Assembly: GCF_964204865.1 (NCBI RefSeq)
Contig: NC_135250.1
Coordinates: 14,694,001 to 14,758,000 of the forward strand
Length of the DNA stretch: 64,000 nt
Origin: Styela clava
Lineage: Eukaryota
Direction of reading: 5' to 3'
Of this stretch, positions 51,601 to 64,000 are shown one piece after another. Under the pieces are notes generated by a model. It searched no databases and was not told where the DNA came from. It saw only the letters and a program-made list of their open reading frames with translations. Numbering within the stretch: position 1 is the stretch's first letter; each line of letters begins with the position of its first letter. A program made the translations under genes and the position numbers.

Positions 51601-54600
51601 GCTAATGATATTCTGATTACCAGTGATGAAGCTCACTTTTGTTTATCTGGTTTAGTCAGGAACCAAACTTTTTGGTACTGGGCGGAAAGAAACTCTAGAG
51701 CAGTGTTCTTCAACCTTTTTGACTGTGGTATACTTTTTACAAATTTTCCAGAACTTTGTATACATTACAAATACCAATGTTTATTCTAAGCACATATTGT
51801 ACTGCAATATCATCATGCAATCTAATGGGCTATTCCCAAGTGACTCTACAGGGCAATTCCAGAAATTTTGCATGTTGTTAGATGCAATATATTTTTACAT
51901 TTTAGCTACATGTTTTGTTTCATTGTTCAATCAGTTGCTTTATGGAGTTTGAACAAAATTGCACAAAAATTACACACAAGACTTAATTAGTGGATATGAA
52001 ACCAATAGTAAAATACAGCGTGACGCTACAGGATGGCAAATTCACCATGCATTAACGTTACATTGTGCTGTAGTTTGTTGCGATTATAGGCTACAGCAGG
52101 GGCCCATACTGCCATACTATTTTCTGGTGCAGTAGCTGAAGGACCCCTCCATGTGTTGCTCAAGTTACTTAATGTAACACTGTAAAGATCTATGCCAGTA
52201 ATGTGCATATTGTATGTGACACTACAGGACATTTTCCACTTCGGAACAGCGGCCTCTATCATTTCTTAAAATTCTGGTAATAAATTGTTAAATAGGTGAA
52301 GACATGTCCTACAGCCTTGCAAATATTTAAACTGTATTAACTTAAATCCAGTACGTCTATTTCATATGAAATAACTGTATCACACAATCCAACACTTTGT
52401 GTCACAAAATATGTCAAATATACCAAAACTTCTACATTTTAGGTCATTTTGTGTAAACCCACAAAAACCTGAGTGAAATTTTAACTTTTTCGGTGAAGTG
52501 AATGCAGTCCAATAAAAATCCAATATCTTTTGATATAAAAATACGAAACAATTACTTTCACTACACTTTTAAAAAATTGATGAAATTCAACATTTGCTTG
52601 GAATGGCCCTGGTAGGCTAGTGTTCGCAAGTTATACATTTGACTGATGGGCTTGTTGTCAAAGGGAATAATGTTCAACATAATTTCAAAAGAAGTCCATG
52701 GCAGCCGAAATTACCAACCCAGACATTTTACCGCATTATCTATATACTTTGTGATGTACGGTATCAATGTGCTCACGTCGGTTCATTGCGTAAATAACCT
52801 TTTATATTTAATGTGCACTGCGTTTGCGTTGTTGTCTCCCCTTGAATATTTTATAATTCACTATATTCGAGTTTAGAATCCCTGACTTAGGCTGTAAACC
52901 CTTCGTATACCCTTTATCAGTTGTATACCCAAATCATGGACTGGTATACACTTGGGTATACCGTATACCCGGTTGAAGAGCACTGCCTTAGAGCACTACA
53001 CAAAAGGCGACCTCACAGCGAGCAAGTAACAGGGTGGTGTGCAGCTGCAAGTTTTGGAGTTTGTGGTCCTTACTTTTTTAGGATAATGAAAGAGCAGTTT
53101 CATATATCAGCTCGTTATGTGCAAGTGCTGCATGATGCTAAAACTTGAGGAACTTAAAGAAAATGCAATGATGTGTATTGAACAAGATGGAGCAGCTGCA
53201 AAAACATCAATGGATGTTTTGTGAGGATTCTTTTTGGAAATTTGTTTTCTTTGCATGGTAAAGAGGAGGTGATAAGAGAAGATTAACCCTTTCTGTGCGG
53301 TGGGCACGTATACGTACCAACGACAAAAGTCGCTAGATTGCGGCGGGTACGTTGATGTACTCCACTGTTTTATTCAGCAATCGGTCGCAAACTGTTGGTC
53401 TAGTATTTCCGGGTTTTAGTTTATTGATAAGAAGTCTTCTTCGAGATTAACATAAGCGACGGTAAATCTCGCTTTCGTTTATGACGGGAATTTTATTTGC
53501 GGCGGAACGAGGGAGTGTTTTTGAAATTTATGCAAATTTCGGTGTTTTTTGGGTGGTCATAGAAGACATATTATCCCTTCCATCTACCAAAGTATTTTGA
53601 GTTAGATCACGAAATTGCTACAGCAATATTATGCTATTGTTTGCCAACCACGAAGCGGTAACAGTAAAGGATTTAGCAAATATTTCTATTTTTTATCACG
53701 GTTTGAAGTTTCAACTCCCAAGAAAAAAAAATGCCCTTTTTCTATCCGGTTTGTGACTCAGACCACCACTTTTAAAAAAACTTTTTTTTTCATCGCCAAT
53801 TGCAAGCTCTTTAAATAAGCTTCCCAACGAGCCGTCAGTGGGCAGCAGAGGATCAATAGTTTTTCGTTAGTCGATCGATTAGTTGTGGGGGTACAAATGC
53901 ATAAAATCGGCGTAGCAAATACGATTATTTAATTAAAAATAAAAATCGCATGGAAAGGGTTAAGTAGAAAGCACTCAAGTGAGTTATTTTATTATTTTTT
54001 GTTTTTCACATTTTAACAAACAATTTTTTGAGACAACATCAGAATATGGTATGAATAATATGAATATGAAATACAATTACATAAGCGGAATATGACACTT
54101 GTGAGATATTGAGGATTTCCAGGCAATGAAGGAACTATTTATGTACAGTCCTAATTAAATAGGGGCTTCAAAGTCAATAAGAAATTTCAAGGCTTCGAGG
54201 GAGATATTTTGACATTGCATTGTTCCGTAAATACGAACAGTACAATCTTAAAGTTGATATATTCATATTTACATATTCTGCTGCAAAGAAGAAAGGAGGA
54301 ATAATTAACAGATAAGAGAGCTATTTACTGTGATAAACGATAAAGCTTAACACTAAAATATGATTACCATACCTGATCTGGTTCAGTTGTAGCTAATGGG
54401 AGAATAGTTTCTGGTTCACAACTCATTGCACATTCATCAATAATACATTGTCCAAACGAAAGTTCTGAAGAGAAAGACAACGTTGAAAATTTCCATGAAT
54501 ATGAAGTTAAATATGAGGACATAATAGTGATTCATGTAATAGTGATCATATATCCATATATCTACCAATGAAACATTTAAAAAGAATTGAATTATTATTT

Positions 54601-57600
54601 GTATTTATTTTCAATGAACACTGGTAAATAAATTTTAAATATTTGCAATGCTGGAAATTCTGTTCATTTTTTTCACAGTCTGCATGTAAGAATCCTATGA
54701 CCTTGCATCAATTTTTGAAAATAAAATCAGGCACTGATATTTTCACCAATCAACTATGTGGGAATAAACATAAATTTGAAAACAAATAAGCAGTATTTGG
54801 TGTCTAAATATTTGTTTTAATTGCATGTTGCATGTTGTATTGATGACAAATACAGAGGTGGATAAAATGATTAATAACAGCACTAAATTACTTTTTCACC
54901 ATTTGTATACAGCGTTGTACCGGGGGTTGTGAAATCGTTAAATGGGTCATTATTCGAATTTTTACATTTGCATTAAATACAATCATATACAAAAAGCAAA
55001 GTTGAATAAAGGAGGAAAACCACAACAACTTGCTTTAATTATTTTCTCTGGGGAAGTTTTTGGTGGGAATCTTTACAATGAATTTACTGTAAAATATTAG
55101 GATTCAACTGAATCTCTGTCTAACAAAAAAGATTTTCTGAAAATGTCAATCTCTTTTTTCCTTCACTTGGGGACTGTCAACTAAATGCTCTATATATCAA
55201 AATACAAAAAACTATGGATTATTCGGGAAAAATCAGGAAGTATTCATACCATCATTTTGATTCACTGCAGCCATGACTAAATTTTTACATGCATAGTAAT
55301 GAATGAGCAGAAAAATTATTTACCTTCATAGTCTCCCAACTTAGTTGAACTTGCACAGGTACAAATGATGATGTCACAAGACTGAAGAATAATAACTTTT
55401 GCTTTTCTCACCATCGCTTGATAATAATCCAATTGTTTTTTTGTAAAACTTGTTCCAGGAGTTTTAACCCTGTACATAAATACATAATTGATATATTTAC
55501 AAATAGCCTAGTTCACGAGTGATGAACAAATCCAATAAATTCAACCCATTTCTCAAATTGAAGTCATCCGCATCGCCATAATTAACGCATCTCCATTAAA
55601 ATAATATTTTGTAGTATTCATAAGAGGTACTCATAAATGTAATTTTTTTCAATCTGAATTTTTTTTAAATTCGCAGAATTAAAGTTTTTAGAAATCAGTA
55701 TTTACTATGCTCCAATCATAAGATAGAGCAGAGCCATTCATTGTGCAATGTATAAGTGTGGTCATACCTGGCCCATGCTTATTAAGCAGAAGACAGTCAT
55801 AGTTAAAAAATCTAATCATGTAAGAACAATTAATGCCTATTATAAATCCACTGCTAGATTGATCAGTTTAAAGAAATATGCCTGTTTCTATAATGGGATA
55901 TTTAATTATAATTGGTGTATCAAATATGCAAGGTGTATTCATGTATGTATGGAAAGTTTTGTCACTTTTTTGTTATAATACAAATGCTGAATGTTGTATA
56001 CATATATATCATAAGTACAAAAATCCTACTTTGTGTCAAATTCACGAATCTGTTGTGAAATACTTTCAGCATTTGGGTCAAGACTTTGATTCATGTTTCG
56101 AATTAGCTGGTGTAGAGCTAAACTCTTCAGTTCTTCGTTGGGTTTCTTTGCGTCTTCTGAATCCAATGATGGCTCTTCTGGTTTCAAAGGATTTGGATAT
56201 AATTTTTCTTCCAATCCAATACTGTACATCCTCACAACTTTAAGCCTATTTATATCTTTTAAAAACCCTGAAAAGTATGACAAAAAATTAAAGTTCTATG
56301 ATAGAAATCCACCAAGACAATTTTAATTCCAAAATACTCTCATTTGTGATCAACTAAGCAGCAGAGCAACTGGGAACTGGGTACACTGTTTTGTTTTCAA
56401 TATACCATGATTGGGTAACAGATGAAATTTGCCTTGAGTAAAAGAACTATTGAATCATTTTGTGGAACGCATATGGTGGATGTTGAATAGGCAATATTTC
56501 AAAACTACAAAAATTTTTAAGAAAATTGTTAATAGAGTTTCTCAAAACAAAAAACAAAATGTCAATATTTTTACAGAACTCCTTTTTTTATATTTCTAAA
56601 TTACCAAAATTACAATCATTGCTATTGGCAGTGGTGATTATAGAAGTGGTAAAGTTAATATTTTGCCCAAAAAAGATTATTTTACCTGCTGCTACATCAA
56701 CAGATTTGTTAGAAGGACCACAATACAAAACTTTTTTCCCTTCTCCAGAATATTTGTTCATATATGCAAATTTTGCAGCTAAGTGAGCTGCTAAGTATGA
56801 TTTTCCAGTACCTGTATTGATAAATTAAACAACATTCAACTATATGATACAATACTATATGATAATACAATAAGCAATACTAAGTACTACCACAACAAAA
56901 TGATAATATATAAAATTACGAAGATACTTGAAAAAGAGAAATACATATATTACGCATAATACAGAGTGTCCAAAAAAGTTTCGCCCGATTTCCTAGCAAC
57001 ACCAATTGCAAATTTGAATAAATTTTGTTGTATGCTAAATGGGGCTACAGGGGTGGTGATTCCTCAACGGCCCAGGGGCCGGGGCCATGGCCCATCAAGC
57101 TATGGGCCGCGGCCCCATCAAGAAAAATTCAATTACATTACCAAAATTTTCAATTTTTACAAAATTGTCAATATTCGAACCAAAAAAAAATCGCGGGATG
57201 CCACCAAATTTTTTTCTTACTAGGCTATACAGCTATAAGCCTTTATGTAGGAATAAAGCAAAATACCAAGCTAAGAAAATGATACTCCTGTAGTATGTGT
57301 ACCAGGTTAGGGTTAGGACAAAAAAATTTTCAGATTTTTCACATTATAGGTTAATTATGAGTTCGGGGACTGTCTGTGTTAGCCAAGTGAATATTCCCCT
57401 TCACACAACTTGATGGGCCACGGCCCATATCCAATTCGATGGGCCATGGCCCCGGCTTATGGACCGTAGAGGAGTCACCACTTCCACTCAAATGGGGACT
57501 ACAAAATCTAACATCCAATTAGATACAGGTTGACTATGAATTTTTTTTATATTTAAAATATAATAACATTTGATTATAAAGACTTTATAATCGGGTGAAA

Positions 57601-60600
57601 CTTTTTGGACATCTTGTATGTAGTTGTTGATGGTTGATTAACAAATCTTATAGGTTAGGAACAAGTGAACAATATCTGAGACTTGCATAAAATACAAATG
57701 ACATTTCGACAATTAGTTTGAATCTCTGAAATATTACACTTGGGTTAAGTACAAGTCGATAGAAATTCACGAGGTTCGTAAAAGTAAAAAAGCTTTCAAC
57801 ACTCAAACAACATGAAAATATCAATAAAATTTATTTTTAATATATGTGAATAACCTATAAATGAAGCTTTATCATAATTGTTTCACATTTCATAACATTC
57901 CATTCCAAAATCTTTCACCATGTTTATCAAAAATAGTTCAGTGAGAAGATAAAAAGTGATTTGACAAATAAATACATTGTGATTCTGACTTATTGATTCC
58001 GCAATAAGATTACAAGACTCATCATGCGTGATACAACAGTGAACAAGCAGAATGGCTTGTGATATACTTCACTAATATGTTAAGATTTTCCTCAAAGCTT
58101 GTGCCATTTCCGTCTTTTTTGTGTAGATTGCCTGGATTTGTCTAAACTGTAATGGTCTATGAACATTGGTATCATGTTGGTAAACTACATTTCTGCCTAT
58201 CTCACAGGTATCCTGCTGCTGTATTTGATTTTTTCCCAGATCATGATCATATATACGGTAGACTATTCAATGTGAAGTATCAATTTTCACTGTACTACAA
58301 TAAATTGTACTCCTTGGGATTTTATCGCAAATCTTTTTTTTATATTAAAAACAATCTTCAGAGGCAGCACAGCGATTGAGCGTAGTCAGAGGTAAAAAAA
58401 TTTCTTAATTTGACAAATTCGCAAAATCCTAAAAATATGAATCAAAACTAAATATAATTGGGTAGTTTTAACACATTTTTATGTTGATAGATTGGCTTGC
58501 TATTTTGAAGAAATACTGCTTTTATGTTTTCGTAATTCAGAGCAGCCGCGAGTCAAATTGAACACAATTACAGGTAAGTTAACATGACAATGATTACAAA
58601 AAGAGCTTCACAATCTGACAAAATTTTTGAACAAGCTTGAAATTACATTCAATAAAAAAAATACCAGAACCATGGTTCATTTCTAACTATCCAGAACCAT
58701 GAATTTACATGCGAACATGGAAAGCAACTAGTTCCAGACAGAATGAAATTTTCACTTCTGTTACAAGACTTACCTGGAGGTCCTTGAATCAGATGAAAAT
58801 TTTGTCTGATTGCTTTCTGTTCTTGTTTGAATTGTTCTTCATTCAACGAAAACCGAAAACCTTTCATTTTTCTTTTAGTAGCAATATTTACTTCAATTTC
58901 CTCACTGTATGTCATTGGTGCTGGATGTATTGTCCCCAAACAAATGCTTTTATTCAAATCTGATGTGTTTCCAATATTTCTGAGAGTGCTTTGCATTTGC
59001 CTACAATAAGACAAATTAAATATTTATGTAAGAATCATTTGACAAACCTGTAGACACATTGTATGTTGGTACCACAAGTGGAAGATTTCAGGTTCAAACT
59101 CTGGTCAGTTCTTCAAACTACTTGAAGATTTCAGGTTCAAACTCTGGTCAGTTCTTCAAACTACTTGATCTTCAAACTCCCTCTCACAGTGTAACAAACT
59201 GGATAGGGTCTACTCCACAATATCCAAATATTTCAAAACAACCTTGTTCTCAATTGTTTCATATTAGATTAATATAATGATGGACAATAAAATAAATTAT
59301 GATTCTACTTATTCCCAGATGTTGAACATAGAGAACACCTGAGCATACCTGTGTGAGTAAGAGAGTGGAATGACTTCAATCGTCCATCTTGTACCTTTTG
59401 CCTCAGCAAAGCTTTTGGCTTTTTCAGAAAGGTGATTATGGGGTACTTCAAATAATATCCTTAGCTTTTTTGATTCCTATACAAAATTATAAGATAGAAA
59501 TGATAATAAAAAAAATAGAAAATTACAAAATTCAAATATGTTTCAATGACAGACTATGATTTTTGAATGTCCACAAGCCTTTTTATGAAATTTAAAAAAA
59601 TGTTCAACACAATATTACAGAATATCAGAAATATATACAAAAACTATACAATGATTTAGAAAGTACTTTACTCATACCTAGCCTCAATAATATATTAGTC
59701 AAAACAATATAACTCAAACAAGTTACTGCAAATCGACTTGCAAAATATATAGAAGTTGATATATGGTAAAATACAAACCCTCAGTTACTTCAACAAAAAT
59801 TGTGAATAAAGTTTAACAACGAATTAGTTTAGAATTAAATAATCAGCAATATAATGTCCACATATATTTTATTTTTTAAGAATATGAATGAAAAAAGAAT
59901 CGAGAATAAAGTCACCTTGGATGGTTCCTTAACACCTGTAATGATACCATGTAAAACAATAGTGTGTGTCGAAAGTTTGACGTCACTATCTTCAATTTCA
60001 TTTTCTAGAATATTCAAAAATTGAAATATCAATAATAATGAATAGCGATTCATATAATTCGTTTTGAATATTTGACCAGGCCTAGACATGAATGAGAGGT
60101 TAAACTAGGAAAGGAAAAGGGGCATGGTTCCGCCCTTTCATTTCATATTTTTAACCCACATCAAAGTTGTTTTTTTTTGTTCACATTTGTATAAATTTAC
60201 TATTTAACAACCTTAATATGCAAGTTTGTTTCACTGTACAAGCTTTATCAGTCAATCATAACAGATAGCGAAATAATAAAAAATTATAGTAATTCATTTA
60301 TTATTGCAAATTTTAAACCTGCTACTCTACACAAAAAAAGAGAAACTTCACCTGTTGTTGCAGGAATTCCTTTTAATCTGAGACAAAGTAGATCGCCAAG
60401 ATGAAATTTGATATATCTTTCTCCACAAAAATGATCATTTAAATCAAAGTAATTGACAACACAGTATTTACTTTTTACACTGTCACCAAATGAACTATTC
60501 TTCACATCTGTATAAAAAAATGATAACTGTAAATTAAACCTTCAAAAACTGATTAAAAAATAACACATATATCATGTAGTTTTTCATCTCTACAATCTGA

Positions 60601-63600
60601 GATACTTACAAATTAACAGTCTAACTACTGTTTTGAGGAATTCATTGAAAGCTATGTCACCATTATGCTGAAAAACATACCAGCAATCTTTTTCATCTTC
60701 CTCCAGACTATTTTCACACCATCATGTGTTATTGAACTTCCTTCTTTTACTGCACTGTTTGCAGCATCCATTCGTACAAGTGGTTCCCATTTTTTTTGAT
60801 AATCGTCTATTGTCTTTATTGTTCTACTTGCTGTAAAATATAATGATGAAACTTATAATCATTTAAAGGTGTTGGTTTTGTAATGTTAAAATTTTAATAT
60901 TTTTTTGCCTCATTGTACTGCTCAGAGAGCACGTTTTATAAGCTCTTTTGGTTTTTATATGAAGAATATTATTTATCGATGTGTATCCCTAGATCACCAA
61001 ATTAAAAATCGAATCACGAGATTATATATTATTCACCAACATCACAAAAATGCTTCATTTGAATATCAAAAAACCACCTGTTGCTGTTGCATCAGAGGCG
61101 TAAACATTAACAGGATCACGACAATGCTCAATGCAAACATCATAGTTATCTGCTATACGAAGAAGTTGAACAGCTGGTGCAGGTAGAAATCTTTTATCAG
61201 TTGACGATGACATTTGAACAATGAGTGGTGAGCCAGGAGTTACATTCCATTTAATTTCTCTCAGATGTTTTATTGGTTTGGGATTGTTTCGTGTATCCCC
61301 AACCATCCTATCATGCGACGTGGGTATACCAGGCTCTGCTTCCTTTGAAATTCTGAAAATAATACAATATAACTTCATAGCTATAAAAATATAACTGGTA
61401 ATATAAATCCATGCATAATGAACAATATCATTTATATGATCCTAGCCCCTTTATAGTGTTGTGAATCCACAATGACACAATCATGGCATAATCAAATTAT
61501 AACTGCACAATTGAACAACACATGAATATAACTATAGCAGAGCAAGTAAAGCGGTCAGCAGTTGAAGCTTTAGAATACTCATCTTAGTTTCGAACCCCAC
61601 GCCCCCACCTCATCCGTGGTGTAGTAAATTGGGTAGGTAATAGCGAACCACAAAGATTCCTGACCTTCCAAAGTGGCTGCTTGTATAGGACCTTATTCAG
61701 GGCAAAAGGAATAAGCATTGCATAAAAAATTACTTTTCAACAGCTTCTTCTATATCACTTTCGAAGTTGACCTTCTTAAATTCAGAATCGGATCTTCTTG
61801 GTGGTTTAGAAATTATTTTAACAAACGAATTCCATGTTTGTGCAGGAATATTCACTACTGAACTTGTCATCTGCATATTCTTAACATTTTCAATTCCCAA
61901 TCTACTGTGATCATAGTACCTGTAAGAAAATATTATTTCATCATTGTCAAGTACGACAATACCAAAGTGCAAAGTGAAAGCTAATTCATAATAGATAGTA
62001 AACACAAACTTAACAACATCTGTTGCTACTAATACTCCTTATGCTTAGATGAATGGTTTCCTATTGTTAATTTTTATATCCCTTCTGAGCTTGAGATATC
62101 CCCAAGCAAAATTTCTAATACAACAGCACTACTGACAAAAAAGTTAAATTAGTTAGAAAACTAGTTAAATTTATCCTCATTGCATATTTTTTTAAATGAT
62201 TTCTTACCGGAATTTCCATACAAGGCAATATTTATTCAATATGAGATCACCCTGGGAAGTTCGTATTTTCTTTTCTTCATCCACATCTTCAAAATCGTTA
62301 TATGCTACACCTTGTTTAATAGTAAGCTGAGCATATGAAAGTTCATTTGCTCGTCGTGATACATACTTTCTCATCGATGGAAGTGCAATTTGCATATATG
62401 CATCTGTTATCTAAATATAATTTAAAGTTGCACGTTGTTGAAAACATAATTCCAGTTTGTTCCATAATAATACAATAATATTTACCTAACACATTCTGAG
62501 ACTAAATTCGTTTTTATTATAATGAAAGTTGCTCAAGCACTCAATCAGAAATAGAGGAGATTGATCACTGAGTGAAGTTGTAGCAACTAATTAATTTCCT
62601 AAGATCTACTGACACTATATATTATTATCACGTAAAATTGCACATTTGTAATTATCAATCAACATGAGACCTAAAGCAGTTCAGGTCAATACAACCGGGA
62701 AAACAACTATGAGGTAATAATTCCACATAATCAAAGTTCTTGGGAAAAATACGTTGGGCATCAAATTTGTTTTATCTGGGAAAAACATTGATAGGGTCAC
62801 AACCAATGGCTAACTAAATTTGATGGATGAAAACCTTTTTTTTGAGGAACATGTTCCGGCTATTCTGAAGAACACAACTGACTAAAATCTCTGTAAAGTA
62901 AAAATGCAGCAACTCATCAATGACAAAGAGTTTGCTTCATGTATGCCAAATGAATGTTAATCATGTTTGATATTCTATTTTGTATTGGGTGTAGAAGTTA
63001 GTAGAGATATCACAAAAGGAATATTGATAATACAATTTGTTAAGAATGATACTTGCTTTTATTACAAATAGTATTCTCAGCCATCTAATGATACATTGAG
63101 TTCAATTTCCAAATTTCAAGTGAATTACATTATTCACAAATATTCCTATGTTTTTTTCCAAAAAGTTCTCACCAGTGTAACACAAGCCTGAACAACCTCT
63201 GGTTGAGCCTTAAGTGTTTGTGCCTTCTCAGTAATACATAATTGTTTTTCATACTGTTTATCCCTGTCTTCATATTGCCAACATATCCTAAAAATGCAAA
63301 TATCATATTAAAGCCATAATTTGATTGAGTGTTTAGAAAATGATACAATAAGAAAAATTTCACTGTGAAAAATATGAGATTTTACTAAAACATGCTGATG
63401 CTATCAAAAAACTATAAATTGAATTACACGCTTTTCGTTACTATATTTTGAAGTATGATTAATGACTTGATTCTATAGTATAAATAAAAAGTGATTGCAC
63501 TACATGATTTATGCAAGAAAAAGTAATATGGATAAATAAAAATGAATAAACATATAATGATGAGGGAATCACTGAATGATTACGAGGTTTTTGTCTCATA

Positions 63601-63968
63601 ATAAGAAATAAATAACAATCATACAACTTGTTACGCTCAGTTTTTAAATACTGTGACATAAAGTTACTTACATTTAACAATAATTTTGTTATTTGAAATC
63701 ACCAAATTAAAAAAAAAAAAAGGCAAAAGCCACCATGCCATTTTGAGCAAATTCAAGCAAATTTATTCCAACTACATACCTTTGAATTGCGTCATGAAGA
63801 GAAGAAGAAATGTTATGTTTGTTTAGCACAGTATGAATACATCGTTGTATTATAATGTCAATATATCTTCGAATTGGTGAAGAACTCCATGTGTACCGAT
63901 CCAGGCGTAAGGAAAAGTGGAAATTTTTCGTGGAAGTCATTTCTGATTTTTTCTGGATTCCACGATAG
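48619..63968 (-). CDS. HELZ2: HELZ2-like protein (RNB/RNase II-like domain + UPF1-like SF1 helicase), 5' end beyond the window. Exons (5'->3'): 63968-63780, 63287-63173, 62410-62208, 61919-61734, 61352-61078, 60830-60681, 60507-60352, 60004-59916, 59476-59349, 59000-58774, 56811-56686, 56267-56030, 55469-55324, 54464-54373, 51297-51163, 50333-50109, 49503-49344, 49252-49085, 48728-48619
   Basis: RNB motif HFSLRLDRYTWSSSPIRRYIDIIIQR; YQKKWEPLVRMDAANSAV; Walker A LIQGPPG|TGKS; YCGPSNKSVDV; CIIDECAMSCEPE; VVLIGDHKQLRP; IQYRM|HPTI; ILSPYTAQ; TVVTSQG|SEADYVILSTVRS; NQVNVALTRARRRLIIIG|N. TGA at 48621-48619. Confidence 0.9.
51518..53270 (+). pseudogene. Fossil Tc1/mariner-superfamily transposase, internally deleted and interrupted by a hAT element
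   Basis: MTWAGKRCAFIGECF, then ILITSDEAHFCLSGLVRNQTFWYWAERNSR | insertion | ALHKRRPHSEQVTGWCAAASFGVCGPYFF..RYVQVL..EQDGAAAKTSMDVL, with frameshifts and stops. Confidence 0.82.
51701..52985. mobile_element. hAT non-autonomous element inserted into the mariner fossil
   Basis: TIR CAGTGTTCTTCAACC / GGTTGAAGAGCACTG; TSD CTCTAGAG/CCTTAGAG (6/8); GTATACCC subterminal repeats. Confidence 0.85.
53287..53959. mobile_element. piggyBac-type MITE
   Basis: TTAA|CCCTTTCTGTGCG ... CGCATGGAAAGGG|TTAA. Confidence 0.88.
56962..57616. mobile_element. Tc1/mariner MITE containing nested insertions
   Basis: TA|CAGAGTGTCCAAAAAAGTTTCGCCCGATT ... AATCGGGTGAAACTTTTTGGACATCTTG|TA. Confidence 0.85.
57053..57481. mobile_element. 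GC-rich long-TIR MITE nested within the mariner MITE
   Basis: About 70-bp inverted repeats 57053-57122 and 57409-57481 rich in GGCCCAT/ATGGGCC. Confidence 0.75.
59081..59166. repeat. Perfect 43-bp tandem duplication in HELZ2 intron
   Basis: GAAGATTTCAGGTTCAAACTCTGGTCAGTTCTTCAAACTACTT x2. Confidence 0.95.
61535..61729 (+). mobile_element. Degenerate tRNA-derived SINE remnant
   Basis: A-box-like TAGCAGAGCAAGTAAAGCG, B-box-like GTTTCGAACCC (61587-61597), A-rich tail. Confidence 0.4.
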
Positions 63969-64000
63969 CTTTGGAAAAAAAACAAATAACATAATGGATA

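Noticed and set aside
59081-59166. CRISPR-like repeat
   Set aside because: Two adjacent copies with no spacer, in a eukaryotic intron, with no cas genes.
5266-63968. Five genes as a functional cluster or operon
   Set aside because: Mixed orientations, kb-scale spacers and unrelated functions; no sequence evidence of co-regulation beyond one divergent pair.

Overview
AT-rich, intron-rich animal genomic DNA. It is plausibly a compact invertebrate chordate such as an ascidian, but this is an inference from gene content, intron sizes and repeat style. The ORF track is mostly noise because the genes are spliced. Manual GT-AG exon assembly gives five protein-coding genes: LONRF-like RING-TPR-RING-LON ubiquitin ligase (+, 5266-12203), SPT2/SPTY2D1 histone chaperone (+, 15534-23598), PDE10A-like GAF-GAF-phosphodiesterase (-, 24849-34792), SNW1/SKIP (+, 36449-46342) and the 3' part of a HELZ2-like RNB + SF1 helicase (-, 48619 to beyond 64000). 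Introns and intergenic DNA are densely filled with non-autonomous DNA transposons (hAT, piggyBac, Tc1/mariner, MULE/Merlin-like) and tRNA-derived SINEs. The most striking structure is a five-level nest of hAT elements filling one PDE10A intron (26224-31047). Each layer has its own TIRs and 8-bp TSD, and the TSD decay pattern suggests transposition of a composite element. Nested stacks also occur in SNW1 intron 1 and in two HELZ2 introns. I found no CRISPR array, rRNA, intact tRNA or intact transposase, and no convincing novel multi-gene system beyond the transposon architecture.
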